NCBI GenBank assembly: GCA_025603075.1
Contig: MU626298.1
Coordinates: 62,001 to 126,000, forward strand
DNA: 64,000 nucleotides
Direction of reading: 5' to 3'
DNA from: Neoconidiobolus thromboides FSU 785
Taxonomy: Eukaryota > Fungi > Entomophthoromycota
The translations under genes and the position numbers were made by a program. Of the stretch, positions 24,598 through 38,647 are shown piece after piece. Below the pieces are notes generated by a model. The model had not been told where the DNA came from. It saw nothing but the letters and a program-made list of their open reading frames with translations, and searched no databases. Numbering within the stretch: position 1 is the stretch's first letter; the number at the start of each line of letters is the position of its first letter.

Positions 24598-25122
24598 ATG
24601 TCGCCAGCAGAAAACCATTATTTAAACCGCATGCTACGCCATCAACATGGAGACCTTAAAGGTACATATGGTACTGGAAAAAATTTGACAAAAGATCAGA
24701 TGCTGATGGATTTAAGCTATCACCCTTGTTTAGGAAAAAATGAAGGGAAGCAGAATAAAGTATATCACCAAGATTTTGTAACACATATTACAGAGGATAA
24801 GGAAGAGATAAACGCAACTGAAAAAAGTGAAAATAAAACAATTGAGAAGGTCAGTATTAAGAATGAGAAGATTAAGTTCCCAGTTTATGGCAATTATGGT
24901 TCGATCAATGAGAAGATGGAACCTACTTTAATGGAACAGGGCATGGGTAAGTATATTAGTTATGTTAGTATAGTTTACTTTTTAAACCTTTAACTTTTAG
25001 TTACCAGCCCAATTAAACCAAGCAATGGCACCAAAAAGTTAGTATTTTTAGTTTTAGCAGGTTTGTTCTTCTTGGGCTCATTCTTTTATCTTTATTACTA
25101 TTATAATTATTGTATGAAATGA
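24598..25122 (+). CDS. Hypothetical tail-anchored membrane protein (2 exons)
   Basis: Starts MSPAENHYLNR in an AAAATG context, with intron 24947..25000 (GTAAG..TTTTAG). Exon 2 encodes KKLVFLVLAGLFFLGSFFYLYYYYNYCMK*. Confidence 0.6.
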
Positions 25123-25170
25123 ATAAAGTGTTTTAAATACACTTGTTTTGTTTTGTTATTTTATTTTATT

Positions 25171-26406
25171 TTAACATTTTGGTGCAAAATCCAACTTATC
25201 AAACCTTGAGTGTAACTTACGATCTAGATCAGGAATAGTAGCTAGAGAGCACGAAGGATCTTCCATAGCAAATATAGTGTTGATATTATTACATACTTTA
25301 ATCTCGAATCTATCATTAACAATATTAGATTGGAACAATTCCAATGAGTGATGGAAATACCCAAACAACCTTGGAGGTGCATGGGGGACTGGATCGTTAT
25401 AATTAACCATTCTGTAGTAAGTCAAGCCCAACTGATTCACATAGCTAGCATATTCCTTGTTTCCCAGCCTTGGTTGACCAAATGTGAATACTTTGATTCT
25501 TTCTTTTGGTAAATTCAATTTATAATAAGCTTTTACTGCACTCAAACCAGCGATTGCACCACCCAAACTATGGCCTGTAAAAATTAAAGTATACCCTTGA
25601 TCTTGTCTCAACAATTCCTGTAAACTTTGTACCATTGATTCAAACAAAGAATTGGTCATAGTAAGGAAACCATTGTGAACTTTTAAATTTCTTACTTTAA
25701 ATAAATTGTTATCAAAATCTAAAAAGTCATTCAAAACAATATTAATATCTTGAATTAAATTGATTTCCGTTTCTGTGCCTCGAAAACTTATTATGATTTC
25801 TTTTCTACCTTCATTGACCACAATTACACCTTTAGTTTGTAAGTTTGAATTACTTAGGACTTTATGAACCCTGTTTCCACTACCTAAAGACTGGCAGTAT
25901 CGACATTGCCAGTTAAATAATAGATCGTCGTTACATTTTGCTATACCTGCGTATTGGCCATAGTAGTTTATATTGTTCAATAAGTCAGGTGCTGCTAACT
26001 CATTAGCTACCTGTTCCTCTTTTGGTTGGATTGGGTGTTCTATCATCTCAGTAAGAAATGGAGGTAGATTTATTGTGTTGTTTGCTAACAACTCCTTCAA
26101 TACATTTGTATCTAAGGTTTTAGTTTGATTTAATTTTTCTATAATATTACTGTCAATAAGCTGTTTTATAAAATCACTGTCTTTGAGTTTGTCAACTATT
26201 TCAGTGTTTTTGATTTCTTCAGCTATTCCATTGTCTTTAATGTCTTTGATTATTTCACTGTTTTTGATGTCTTCTATAAACTTGTTGTGCTGAAGCTGAT
26301 CGATTATTTTTTCAGGATCGAATGAGTCACTGCTATTCACTGCTCCATTATTAAGGAAGGATAAAATGACACTTAATAGAAAAAATAATATAGAGTTCAA
26401 TAACAT
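25171..26406 (-). CDS. Secreted class 3 lipase with a repetitive pro-region
   Basis: Signal-peptide-like N-terminus, lid region IIISFRGT, VHNGF, nucleophile elbow GHSLGG, FTFGQPRLGN and RMVNYNDPVPHAPP. Confidence 0.92.
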   Translation of the reverse strand: MLLNSILFFLLSVILSFLNNGAVNSSDSFDPEKIIDQLQHNKFIEDIKNSEIIKDIKDNGIAEEIKNTEIVDKLKDSDFIKQLIDSNIIEKLNQTKTLDTNVLKELLANNTINLPPFLTEMIEHPIQPKEEQVANELAAPDLLNNINYYGQYAGIAKCNDDLLFNWQCRYCQSLGSGNRVHKVLSNSNLQTKGVIVVNEGRKEIIISFRGTETEINLIQDINIVLNDFLDFDNNLFKVRNLKVHNGFLTMTNSLFESMVQSLQELLRQDQGYTLIFTGHSLGGAIAGLSAVKAYYKLNLPKERIKVFTFGQPRLGNKEYASYVNQLGLTYYRMVNYNDPVPHAPPRLFGYFHHSLELFQSNIVNDRFEIKVCNNINTIFAMEDPSCSLATIPDLDRKLHSRFDKLDFAPKC

Positions 26407-26826
26407 TGCTTATATTTATGTTAATATATTATATGGATGTATATGATATATGAAAAGTAGTAAGAAGTATTAATTGAAAGTTCAATATTAAACCTTATTT
26501 ACATAAATAATAGATTTTCAGTTATTTTATTTTACTAGCGAATATCGCTACCCTTTTTACTCATTTGTTTAATACCCATATGTTCTTTGTTTACAAGTTG
26601 ATTTCATATAATAATAAAACTATCAGCACTTTCTTTTATAACGTTTTACTTTTTATTACGGATCTCAAAAATAGCCAGCAATTTAAAATTAACCGTTAAT
26701 TCATAACTTTAATTTGATAATTAAATGGACTAAATTTAAATTAAATTTTATTAAGTATTAGTAGTTAATTAATTAATAACATTAGCTATACAGGGGATTG
26801 GATTAAAATGACTGTAGAATAGTAAG

Positions 26827-27060
26827 TTAAACTTCTTTAGCAATGAGAGGGGTTATAGACAATCTTAGAGTTTCCACTTTTTGGCCATCTTTTAGTATAA
26901 AGCCCTCCTCAATCATTCTATCAAACTCTTCCTTTTTAATCCCTTCAAGTTTACTGCTTACTTCGATCCCAAGCTCTTCCTCAACTAACTTTGCACTTCT
27001 TCCCATCAACTTGGCGCTCAGTCTCCGACATTTTTTTATATTATCAATTAGCATAGACAT
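26827..27060 (-). CDS. Possible small hypothetical protein (77 aa)
   Basis: A GC-richer island with protein-like composition in an AT-rich intergenic region. No recognisable family. Confidence 0.35.
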   Translation of the reverse strand: MSMLIDNIKKCRRLSAKLMGRSAKLVEEELGIEVSSKLEGIKKEEFDRMIEEGFILKDGQKVETLRLSITPLIAKEV

Positions 27061-27828
27061 TATTAAAATAAATTAGTGTTTTTTTACGATTTAAAAGTGG
27101 GTATATGCTTTTTATATTCGTTTCTAAGAATTTAATTTATTTTTTGAAGGTGAAGAGAGTTCCCTATTTAAATTTTAATATATGTCTTTATTTTATTCTT
27201 ATTTTTGATCATTTTCCCTATTATGTAGTTTAATTATAGTTGCTAAAAATTCTAATGCAGCCTGTTACCCTTTTCATTTACTTGAATAAATTAGTAATCA
27301 TTGTTTAATCAGTGTTATTGAGTATTATAAATAACATGGTTGATTTTATTCCATATAATCGGATACTTTTATCTTTGCATTTTTTACAAAATTCTCTAAT
27401 AAGATCAAAATTAATTAGTTCCATTTAATTCATTAACTTATAATAAAATTCATAGGAATCAAATATCAATAAAGTCAGAATAATCGATTTACTTTTCTAT
27501 TTATTGACTTGCATTATTAATAAAATTAAAATGAAAATATTAATGTTTGTATGAAAAATGGGTGAAATAAATATTAATAGAATACTTTGTTTATTTTGAC
27601 TTAATAGCTAAATTATATTTAAATTTAAAACCTTAATTTTTAGATGGTTCGAATTTAATTTGGTTTCATATTAGTTATAATTAAAATAAACCCCATTTTT
27701 TGTGCTTTATTTCTTATAATTTTAGCTATTATCTCATATTAATAAAAGCAATCTCATTTAGTCCATTTTACATAAAAACGTCTCATTGCTTCACTTTTTT
27801 AATATACAAAAATGTCTTGTTTATTTTG

Positions 27829-29583
27829 TTAAAAATTTAACTTAATAGTAGGAGATTCTGGTAACGAATTATCTAAAGGAAGAGGAGGTTGATCATGATT
27901 GAGATGAAAAGAGTGAACAATAGTAGGTTTACTTTTACCTAAAAATAATACCCTTTTGACACTGTTTTTAACTTCTTTTTCATCAAAACTATCTATTGAA
28001 TCATTGAGTTCTGCTTCATTGTTAGTATGATTGTTGTGGCTGTAATTATTGTTAATATTCTCTATCTTATTTTGTGTTATTTGAAATACTGTTTTTGGCT
28101 GACTTTCTTCATAGTACTTTGAATAGTGCTCATACACTTTTTTGCCAAAATAATCTCTTACTTTTAAATTGAATATTAAGCTTATGATGCATACAGTAAG
28201 TGTTACGCTAACTATTAAAATATTTAAAGGAATTATTAGTGAAATACAAATTAACTTACGCAAATAAATGGTAGGAAATAAATAGCTACGATATAATGGC
28301 GGCAAACTTCCAGTAATATTTAATTTGATGTTTAACCCATTTAACTCTTTTTTGATATTTATAATACTTGCTAATGGGTTTAAAAATGGGTTGATATAGC
28401 TTTGTTCAGATAGTGGGACAGGTAACGGCTCAAAATCCTTATTTAGAAGAGGAGTTACATTTAATGAAAAACATTGAAATATTAGGATCAATGACAATAA
28501 TACAAATGTCATCAGATATAATATATACCCTACTATCATCTTTTTGTTTTCATTATAAATCTAGATAAAAAGATAATTAATATATTGCTATTATACTAAC
28601 ATTGATACTACTATTACCGAATAGAATCCAATTAAAGTAAACGCCAAACATAAATCAATGCTAATGGCTAATATAGCAATAACGTCTGGCAATGAACGAT
28701 ACCAAAATAAAGTAGATATTTGAAAGCAAGTGATTAAAATCAATCCTGCACTTAATTTGTGTAATAATATTGTACAATCATACCATTTTATCATGACTGA
28801 AATAATTAATTTTAGTCGAAACATACGATAATAATAAGTTTACTGTTTGTTTTAAAATCATTCATAGATAAGTTGTGATTATTATACCATCTTGGATCTA
28901 TATTGGCCAAAAATAACAGTGTCAATAGACAGGGAACGTAACACACATTTAAGATCAAAAATAAAATATCAATATAAATAAACAGTCGATAATATGTTAT
29001 ATTCATATTGGTTAGATGCTAATTGAAATTAAGATTAGTTCAATAATGTAATAGCAGATATTATTCTTGAGTTACTTCATATCCTCTGTTTAACTTTAAT
29101 ATGATATAACCATTGATAATAAAATCAAGGATTAGACTACTGAAAAGTTGTAAGTTTAATTTTTTTATACACTAAATAAAACATTAAATAAGTGATCCGA
29201 ATAAAGTATAATAGTAAGTTTACCCCATCCCAGATTAAAAACAGTTGAAACGAGAACAAAAAAAATAATTGTAAGTGAAAAAAATATTGAAAGTTATAAT
29301 TTGCAATATTTGTATCATAATTGTTATCATTAATGTAGAAGTAAATGCCTAGTATCAAGTTAGTTAATCCTAATAGCACATATCGTATTATATTCAAAAT
29401 CAATATCCTTTGTCCTTGTTTATTATTTGGTATCTATAATTAATTTATTAAACAAAAATATTATAGCATATGTTGTCTTACCATCCAGTAAAACCTGGGC
29501 CTTGATTCATCTAGGATAAAGTTGGACATTAAAGTGGCTGTGGAATTGGAATCCAGAGCATGTAGATAAGGATGTTGTAGCAT
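27829..29583 (-). CDS. Multi-exon, multi-pass membrane protein of unknown family
   Basis: Putative exon 1 MLQHPYLHALDSNSTATLMSNFILDESRPRFYWM|GTAAG is followed by hydrophobic ORF segments (29137..29403, 28812..29006, 28591..28824, 27829..28539) and a polar C-terminal tail. I could not fully resolve the splicing. Confidence 0.45.
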
Positions 29584-30770
29584 TAAAACTAAGATTTACA
29601 CACTATTTTAAAAAAATGAAATTAAAGAGAACTTTAGTTGCTTTTATGTCAAATTTACTTCTTTTTTATGGTTGGATTTAGCTGCTTTTTTCACATTGCT
29701 TTTTAACTTTGTTATAACGGCTTATTTATATTTTCATCTTGACTTTTGACTATTTTTTCTCACTTAAGTTGTATTTTAATTTCACCATTATCAGATAAAA
29801 AATAATATAAATAAACCCCTGACATAAATAATAAACTACAATGAAACAATAAAATATGAAATAACACTAATACTGTCAAATAAATTCTAGTATAGTATCT
29901 TTTATCTGAAGCTAAAAATAATATTTACTTGTAACTAAACTTTATGTTGCCTTAAAGTGCCATTTTTTAACGGCCTTTTAAAAGTTTGTAAAGTTTTCAA
30001 CTATACTAAATTTATTATTGATGAAGTAAATAGATATAATATTATAGTAATCTTTATTTAACAATATCTTTAAATTAATATTTCTTTTTTAACGGAAATT
30101 ATATGTATTTTGACATGCCTGGAGTATAAGTTTCGTATATTTTATTTTCTTAAATAGGAAGGAGTTTTAGTACTTAAATTTATGGCCAAATGGCCTGTGG
30201 GCCTTTTTTGATAAGTGAAAAAAACTCAAGGATTTTATTTATATTGCTCAATACAAATAAACAATTATATTAACATTTATGTAAATACCAAACAATCACT
30301 TATAATAATAAGTCTAAATTGTACTAAATTTCTTAAAGATAGTTGTTTAAATTTAATTTAAGTTCTTAATTCAACACTATGATATGAGGTAGATTTTTTG
30401 ACCCTTGGAAAAAAACTTGTGCTTAAATTGTGATGGCCTTTTAAAAACAGATCAAAATTTGGGTTTTAATCTAAGCTTTAAAAAAATATATATCCCAGTA
30501 TAGACCTGCCATAGCTTTATTGCGAACTTCTAATTCATTTAAAAATAATTATCTGCTGAAACTAGGATAAAAATTCTTTAATAGGCTCTTACGAGAAAAA
30601 CGAATAGCTAACTCTAAAGATTGCTGTAAATTATATCATAATAGAGTTACAATATTAAAATAAGTTTTTGGAATTTTCTCTAAAAAGGAATTAAATCAAG
30701 AACCCATAATAGTTCATAAACCAAAATTTAATAATCATAAAGTGAATCAGTGACTTTTTAAACTTACAAA

Positions 30771-33035
30771 ATGCCAAGTTTATTTAATAAGGATAGCTTA
30801 CCAGCTAGTGAGAACGAAATAGATTTTAGTGATTTGGAAAGAGAATATGCCTTAGAATTTGAAAACAACTTTGACAACTTGATCGTAGTGGACGGATTAC
30901 CAAAAGTAGACGAGAGCAAATATGACAAACTTATAACAGTTGTTCAAAAGATCTTCAAAAAATATGGTACTTTGGTTCAAGATAATATTGTTATGCCAAT
31001 GTCCGAAAAAGATGGTAAAAATACCTCTGAAGGGTAAACATATTTTCTATTTTCTATTTGCTATATTAAATCGCTTTTTAGTTTCCTTTTCTTGGAGTTT
31101 GAAAACGCTGAACAAGCAGCACTTGCTATCAAACATGTTAACGGCTATCCTTTTGATAAAAAACACACTTTAGCTGTAAATAAATTTACCGACGTAGAAA
31201 CCTATAGCGCTTTAAGTAATGACTACATTGAGCCAGAACTTGAAGAGTATGTTGAAAAAGAACATTTATTAAGCCATCTTTCAGATAGCCTTGCAAGAGA
31301 TCAATTTGTTACTTTGATTGGTGACAACACATCTATTGTATGGAACAACCGTACAGAAGCTCCAGAATCTCTATTCAGCCGTAAATTATGGACTGAAACT
31401 TATACCCAATGGTCTCCACAAGGTACTTATTTATGTAGTCTCCATCCTCAAGGTGTAGCTCTTTGGGGAGGTGCTAGTTGGAACAAAATTGTACGTTTCG
31501 TACATCCAGGTGTCAAATTAATTGATTTTTCACCAAGTGAACGTTATATTGTTACTTGGTCCAATGATCCTATAGTGGCTGGGTCGGGCGCTGCTCCAGG
31601 TGCTACTTCTCCTTTTGGTGAAGAAAATGAAGGTCATCAAATTTGTATATGGGATGTCAAAACTGGTGTACTTTTAAGATCTTTCCCTAACACTCAACAA
31701 ACTGTCCCTGATAGTGACTCCCCTACTAAGATCACCTGGCCTGTATTCAAATGGTCTCCTAATGATGTTTACTTTGCACGTGTTATACCTGGTCAAATGC
31801 TTTCAATTTATTCTGCTCCAGATATGGGCTTAGTAGATAAAAAATCCCTCAAAGTTGAAGGTATTATTGATTTTGAGTGGGCACCAGCACATAAAAAGGT
31901 AGATAAGAAAGGAGAAAGTAAAACTAAAGAAGGAGATGATATGCTTGCTTATTGGACCCCAGAGTTGGCCAATACACCAGCAAGAGTAACATTAATCTCT
32001 GTACCATCTAAAGAGATACTAAGGACTAAGAATCTTTTCAACGTAAGCGACTGTAAACTCCACTGGCATAAGAATGGTGAGCTCTTAGCAGTAAGAGTGA
32101 ATCGATTTACCAAGTCTAAAAAATCAACCTTTTCAAATGTTGAAATCTTCAGAGTTAGAGAAAAGGACATACCAGTTGAAGTTATTGAGATTAAAGACAC
32201 TATCTTACAATTCGCTTGGGAACCATCTAATAATCAACGTTTCGGTTTCATTGCTACTGGTGATGCTCCTCCAACTGCTCCTACCGCTCCTGGTATGGCT
32301 CCACCTACTCCAAAAACAAATGTCAGCTTTTATGGCCGTGAAATTAAAAAGGGAAGCAAAAATACAGTATCAAAGGATGAATTTAAATTGATTACTACCC
32401 TTGATAAAAAGACTGTAAATAGTTTAGTATGGTCACCAAAAGGACGTCACTTCGTTCTTGCCACCCTTCGTTCCAAGACAATGAGTAGTATTGAGTTCTG
32501 GGATATTGACTTTGAACTTGAAAGCAAAAAGGACAGTAGTTCCAACTTGCATATGATTGGTTCTCCTGAACATTATGGACTTACCGATATCGAATGGGAT
32601 CCTACTGGTCGCTATGTTATTACCAGTTCTTCAATGTGGCACCATGAAATAGAAAATGGTTTCTGTATTTGGGACTTTAAGGGTACTCCCTTATATAAGA
32701 AACCAATTGAAAACTTCAAACAAATCTTATGGCGCCCAAGACCTAAGTCTCTGTTATCTATGGAACAAAAACGTAAAGTGCGTAAGAACCTCAACACCTA
32801 CTCCAAACAATTTGATGAAGAGGATGCTATGTCCCGTAACGCTATTTCAGCTGCTGAACTTGCTCATCGCAAACGCCTTAATGATGAATGGAAGGCATGG
32901 CGTAGTATTATTGAAAAACAACTTGCCGATAAGAGGATGGATAGCTCTGCAACTCAACTTGATGATAAAGAAGAAGAAATTGAGGAATGGGTCGAAGAGG
33001 TTGTTGAAGAATTTGAAGAGGTTGTTGAGGAATAG
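30771..33035 (+). CDS. PRT1: Translation initiation factor eIF3 subunit B (Prt1)
   Basis: RRM (DNLIVVDGLPKV..GFLFLEF across intron 31034..31081), beta-propeller motifs WSPQGTYL, WSPKGRHF and EWDPTGRY, then FKQILWRPRP and an acidic C-terminus. Confidence 0.97.
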
Positions 33036-33092
33036 AGGCTTTGAAAATCGTATTGACTTATTAATAAAAGATAGTAATTATTTTCATTCAAA

Positions 33093-33215
33093 ATATGGTA
33101 TTTCCAATGTTTTTTTGGCTTCATCACTTTTTCCATCTTTCAAGCACCATTTGAGTGGAAAAATTGTTGACAAAATTGTTGATAAAATTGTTGAATACAA
33201 AAATTTTATTCCTAA
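33093..33215 (-). mobile_element. MITE family copy 9 (degenerate, with a small internal duplication), ~60 bp after the eIF3b stop
   Basis: GGCTTCATCACTTTTTCCATCTTTCAAGCACCATTTGAGTGGAAAAATTGTTGA matches the family core. The termini are decayed. Confidence 0.7.
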
Positions 33216-33680
33216 AAATATAAAGCTTTATAAAATATAGAAATTAAAAAGATATGCTTAAAAGTTAAATTAAAATTAAAATTGATATCATGAATAGTAA
33301 TTATACATAAATTATTTTAAAAAATTATCCAATAAAGATAATTTTCATGATAAAAGTGTTAAATTTCGTATGCGATTAAGCTAGTGTATTCGATGCTCTA
33401 TTTCATGACTTAATGACTTTATACTGTTTATTGATTTGAATTAAATTTAATAATACAAGAAAGACGAAATTCAAACAACTTATTTTTTTAAAGCAATATA
33501 AATCAAATTTAATTTTTAATATTCTATAATAATTTCTACAACTTTTATCTCTTACATAACACTTAGTTTAAGCCAATAAACTATCAACTATTACCACTTG
33601 TGTAAAAAAGGAAAGTGAGCTTCCAAAAATCGGGCTAGTAATTTCAAAACTTATCTTTTGATAAAATTCAAGTTATCAGG

Positions 33681-36600
33681 ATGGAAAGTAAAGGAGATAA
33701 AGCGGACAAAGGGAATAACGAGAACATATCGAGTACAAATTCTCCTATGAATGGAGCCCAGATTGATCTAACAAATGTTGAATGCATAGGAGGAACTAAT
33801 AAAGTAGAAAAAAGAAATAATAATATATATCTAAAATATAGTAATTATATGAAAAATTATGTATCCAAAGATAGGCCTGAGTTTGAGCAAGTCACTGAGG
33901 ATCAGTTACAAGAAATATTTAATAAAGTTTATACGGAGGTAAGTATAGAAAATTGATTGTTTTACAAAAAGTTCTCACTTTAAATTTTAGATTTTGGAAC
34001 AAAAAAAAGAGTTTTGGGAAATAGTTTTAAAACTGACAGATGAAGAAATCTTTATTGCAAGCGACTTCGAAGTTTCTGCTAAGAAAGATGTTAGAGAATC
34101 ACATCAACAAAGCACACCTACTTTGGTAAATAATGAATCTATGATATCCCCTTCGACAAATTTGGATGGAATAAATAATAAAAATAGGCACAGGGACCAA
34201 TCCAATACTGACGAAACACAAAATGATAGTAAAGTTTATTCAAATAGAAAACTTTTTAACTTAATTTTTAGATCAAGTAATTGACCTTTCACAAATAACG
34301 GTAATTAATTTATTTTAATCCGGTTCTATTACCAATTTGAATTTACGTATAATAAGCTAACTATAAATAGCCCAAAAAAAAGCAGGCCGCAGGAAACCTG
34401 TCAAGAACAGCATTGATAAATTTACAAGAAGCAGAGATTGACACTTATTCTCAATCTGCGATACGTGCTATGGTATATTTTTACTCATTCGTTTGATTTG
34501 CTAAAAATACATCTTGATAAAATTGATTACTTATCCTGTTTTAGCTTTCCGCTGCATTAACGCATCTTTCTACTGTTGAAACTGAAGCAAAGCTTGATCG
34601 AGCTACATTTAATAAAGAGGTAGTTAACAGGTTATGGATTAGATGAACGTGTATATTAATTTGTTTTTTATAGAAAGTCATAAAAGATAATATTATTGAA
34701 GACCTTAAAGCTGAAGTTGCAGGCTGTAAGCTTCTGTTACGATCAGTAAGAAATTCTAATTATTGTATCTATCTTTTAATACTTTTAGTACCAAGAAGGC
34801 ATCGAACTTAGAAATATTGAAGAAAAACTAAGGATGAAAGAAGTAGAAGTACTTCAAAGGAAATATACTGAATGTTTATATGAACTTAATAATTATAAGC
34901 TTTCAACTCAGAATTTCTCTCCTATAGTCAATACAAATTTACATAATAATGAATCAGATCAAGCTCCCCGAGAACCACAGTCTACCCAGTTTCATAAAGA
35001 AGTCCATGCTGAACCTCATAACGAAAGATATGAACCTGCAGAGTCAAGACCACAGTATCAAAATCAAGATGAAGTAGATAACAATTTTAATCCGAACCAA
35101 ACCTTTCCTGGATTGGTAAACTAGTTTATTTGTGATGTTGATAATTTATTTAACTAATTTCAAGAATGAAAATAAATCTATAAATATGGACGATACCTTT
35201 ACTTCAACAAGGAGCGTTCATTTTAATATACCTCCAAGGCAAATAAGTTCAATTTCTAATCCAGATCCTATATCATTAGATAATAGGACAAGGAGTAGAA
35301 ATAAAGGGTCTGTTCAATTACAGTCAACGTCATCGACACGCGTTCAAAAAAGTCCCCCAAATCGTTTAAAGACTAAGTCTCGACGTAAAACAAATGATCT
35401 TGATTTAAGTTTAAGCGAAATTGAAGATTTTGTTGAGGAAAATCCACCTATTCGTATAAGTGGTTTCCATAACGTATGATTTATAAATTGTTTAAAAAAA
35501 TTTACTAATTTTTCTAGGGAAATAATCATAAGGAGGTACCAGTATTCCATAAAGAAGTTATTAATCCTACTAGGCATATTTCACTCTTGAAAAGTTATGG
35601 ACAAAAAGAAAGTCAAACTTCAACTCATAATCAAAGGCGACTTCAATCTCAAATCAAAAACCAAAATCAACAACTTCAAAATCAAAACCATCGTCAGCCT
35701 CGTTCCCAATTTAATAAAAACGATCATGAAATAGAGGGTCAGGATTTGCGTTATAGTCACAAATCTATAAACAATGAGTATGAGCTTTTGATCAATAAAA
35801 CAAATCAGCAAAGGGATTATGCTCATTCATTAACAAGACATAAGACAGTAAATTATACAACCTCAAACGATATTCAAGCTAAAGTATCACTAACTCAACG
35901 TCCAACTACTGTCAGTCAGTACGATCCTGGCACGCATAGACATACAGAAGATAATTCACATATTGAGCAGCAAATGTACACAGATTTGCATACGGAACAT
36001 TCACAAAATCGATTTAGAGCCTTAAAACCGAAGCCTTACTATAGTAGCGCAAAAGCAGTCAGAATGGATGTTAGACGCCCTGAATTAACTCATCATCGCC
36101 CTCCTTACTTAGACTGTATTGCTTTTTGTTTTGTTATTTAATTTTATGTCCTAATATTTAATATAGTAGCTGAGCCAGTGATACCACAAATGCAAAAGAG
36201 AAGCCAAAATGCTCCAGTTGGTGCCTATTTCGATCCTAACAAAAGGATGGCGGTGGTCCATCCAGGAGTGGAGCTAGGGACAACCTATAGATCAGAAAAA
36301 GATATTCAAGGAGATCCGAAATTTGTTGACTTCCAAGGACCTGTAGGCCATCAGAACCACATAAATTATGGTCCAAATTCAGAAGTAATAATTAGTCGCC
36401 CAAATCACCAGCCAGTGGCTATGAATCCAAATCATCAGTTAACAAATATACGTCCAAGCCATCAACCGATATCTACAAATTCAAACCAACAACCAATAAA
36501 TATTCGGTCTAATAATCAGCCATTGCCCCCCAACCAAAATAATGAAGCAACTAGAAATCAGGCTCCAGCTACTGAAATAGGGTCAAAAAATACTTTTGTT

Positions 36601-36783
36601 CCAGAAGAAGCAAGTGCGAGTAAACAGAAGCAAAAGGAGGGATCCAATGAAGGTAAAAAAGCTAAAAAGAATAAGGTAATATCGTTTAAGAAGCAACGCG
36701 AAAAACAAAATGGTAAAGAAAAAGAGAATGAAAGGATTAATGACACATTGTTTGCCTCGGGGAAAAAAGGTATTAAGAAATAA
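33681..36783 (+). CDS. Multi-exon hypothetical protein (coiled-coil segment, Q/N-rich low complexity, basic C-terminus)
   Basis: A chain of same-strand ORF segments separated by short GT..AG introns. I recognise no domain, and it may be more than one gene. Confidence 0.5.
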
Positions 36784-37938
36784 GGAGCTGTAGGAAGGAT
36801 GTTTGATCTTTTAATGGCTATAAATAGTTGATGGTAGAATGGAAGCATTATGTGTTTATTATATGTTGAGAAATGAAATGTTGTGGCCGAAAAAGGAATA
36901 AAATGATATGTTTTATGCTCTTAAATTAAAAATGGCCTTTACTTATTTTACTGTTGAAAAGATGCTATTATTTGATACCACATGTATACTAATTCCTGCT
37001 TTGTTAATTTTAAACAAAAAACTTATCAATCCAAAATTGTAAATAAATTAAAACTATAAAATAAAAACAAGTAATAAGAAGCTTATAAAATATGGAGAAA
37101 AGCTGCTATTTTATTTTTTTAAAACTGATATCCCTATAAAAAAAATATCAGTAATTAATATAATTAAACTACAATCCAAATCCACTAAATAATTTTTAAT
37201 AATAATACAAGGAGTAGATAAAATAATAATAATGTTTTCAAAATAATAGTATAAACTTTAATACAATAATTAATTTTAAGTTATATCTTTGACTTTATTC
37301 TTAAGTTTGAATGTTTAGACCCAGTGTTTATATTTTAATTCAGTATTAAACATTGTATATTTGACAACAAGACTGAGTTGTTAATATTTATAAATTAAAA
37401 TTTTAAATATGAATACAAATTAGTTAAAATATTCAAAAATTCGAAAAAATGAATAAAAATTCAACTGTATCAAAAAGGACAACTTGAATTAAGCAAAGTC
37501 TGCAAAGAAGGATCGAATTAGGTGGGAATTCAAAATAAGTCTAAGAATTGAGAATAGTAGTTATCGTAAGTGATACTATCCTCTTTTTAACTCTGATTGC
37601 ATAAGGTAGGTGACATGCATCCATTTTAAAATTAGAATAAGAAGAATAAGAGGAGAAGACTTGATGGGTTAAAGAAAGGAAATTAAGAGGAAGAAAAGGA
37701 TCGAAAAGAAGTTATTTTAATATACCAAAATTGTGGGCGGCAGAGGTTAAATGTTAAAAGACAAAAGAAAACGAAGAAAAAACGGGAAACAATACATCCA
37801 AAAGTTATAACCCAGAAATATTAACCAGTCACATCAAATTGAGTCTATCTTATTCATCTTATTCGAAATTAGCTATAGTTAATCAACAAATTTATAAACA
37901 ATAAAACTGACATATTAATTAAAGGAGTCTTATTATCA

Positions 37939-38647
37939 ATGGCTGTATATTCTGCTATCCCTGCCAACCCAGAAAAATGTAATTTTTAATTTAAATCTTA
38001 ATCATCAAATTTTAATTCAAATTTCAGCTGCCCGTGCCAGAGGCTCCGATCTTCGTGTTCACTACAAGGTAAAAAAACTTTATAATTTTAAAGATTTTAA
38101 TTAATTTAAAATCAAAGAATACTCATGAAGCTGCCGTCGTACTCAAGGGTATGAAAGTACAAAAAGCTCTTGCTTACCTTGAAGCTGTTAAAGAACACAA
38201 GCGTTGCGTACCATTCCGTCGTTATAACGGTGGAGTTGGTCGTACCGCTCAAGCTAAAGAGTTCAATACCACTCAAGGTCGTTGGCCCGTAAAGAGTGTT
38301 AAGTATCTTTCCGATCTTTTAAAGAATTTAGTCTCCAACGCTGAACTTAAAGGTCTTGATGCTGAAGCTTTAGTTATTAAACACATTCAAGTTAACCAAG
38401 CCCGTCACCAACGTAGACGTACTTACCGTGCTCATGGTCGTGTTAACCGTAATTATTTTTATTATTTCTATGAGTTTTTTAGAGATTTATTTTTTTTTGA
38501 TTAATAGCATACATGTCTTCCCCATGTCATATTGAAATTATTGCTACTGAAGCAGGAAAAATCGTAGCTAAAGCTAAGGAACCAAAAGTACTTCGTAAGT
38601 TATCCGTACGTCAACTCGGAAACAAAGCTGCACGTTTCCAAAATTAG
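37939..38647 (+). CDS. RPL17: 60S ribosomal protein L17 (uL22), 4 exons
   Basis: [13 protein letters not shown]|[14 protein letters not shown]|[43 protein letters not shown]|[10 protein letters not shown]. Confidence 0.97.
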
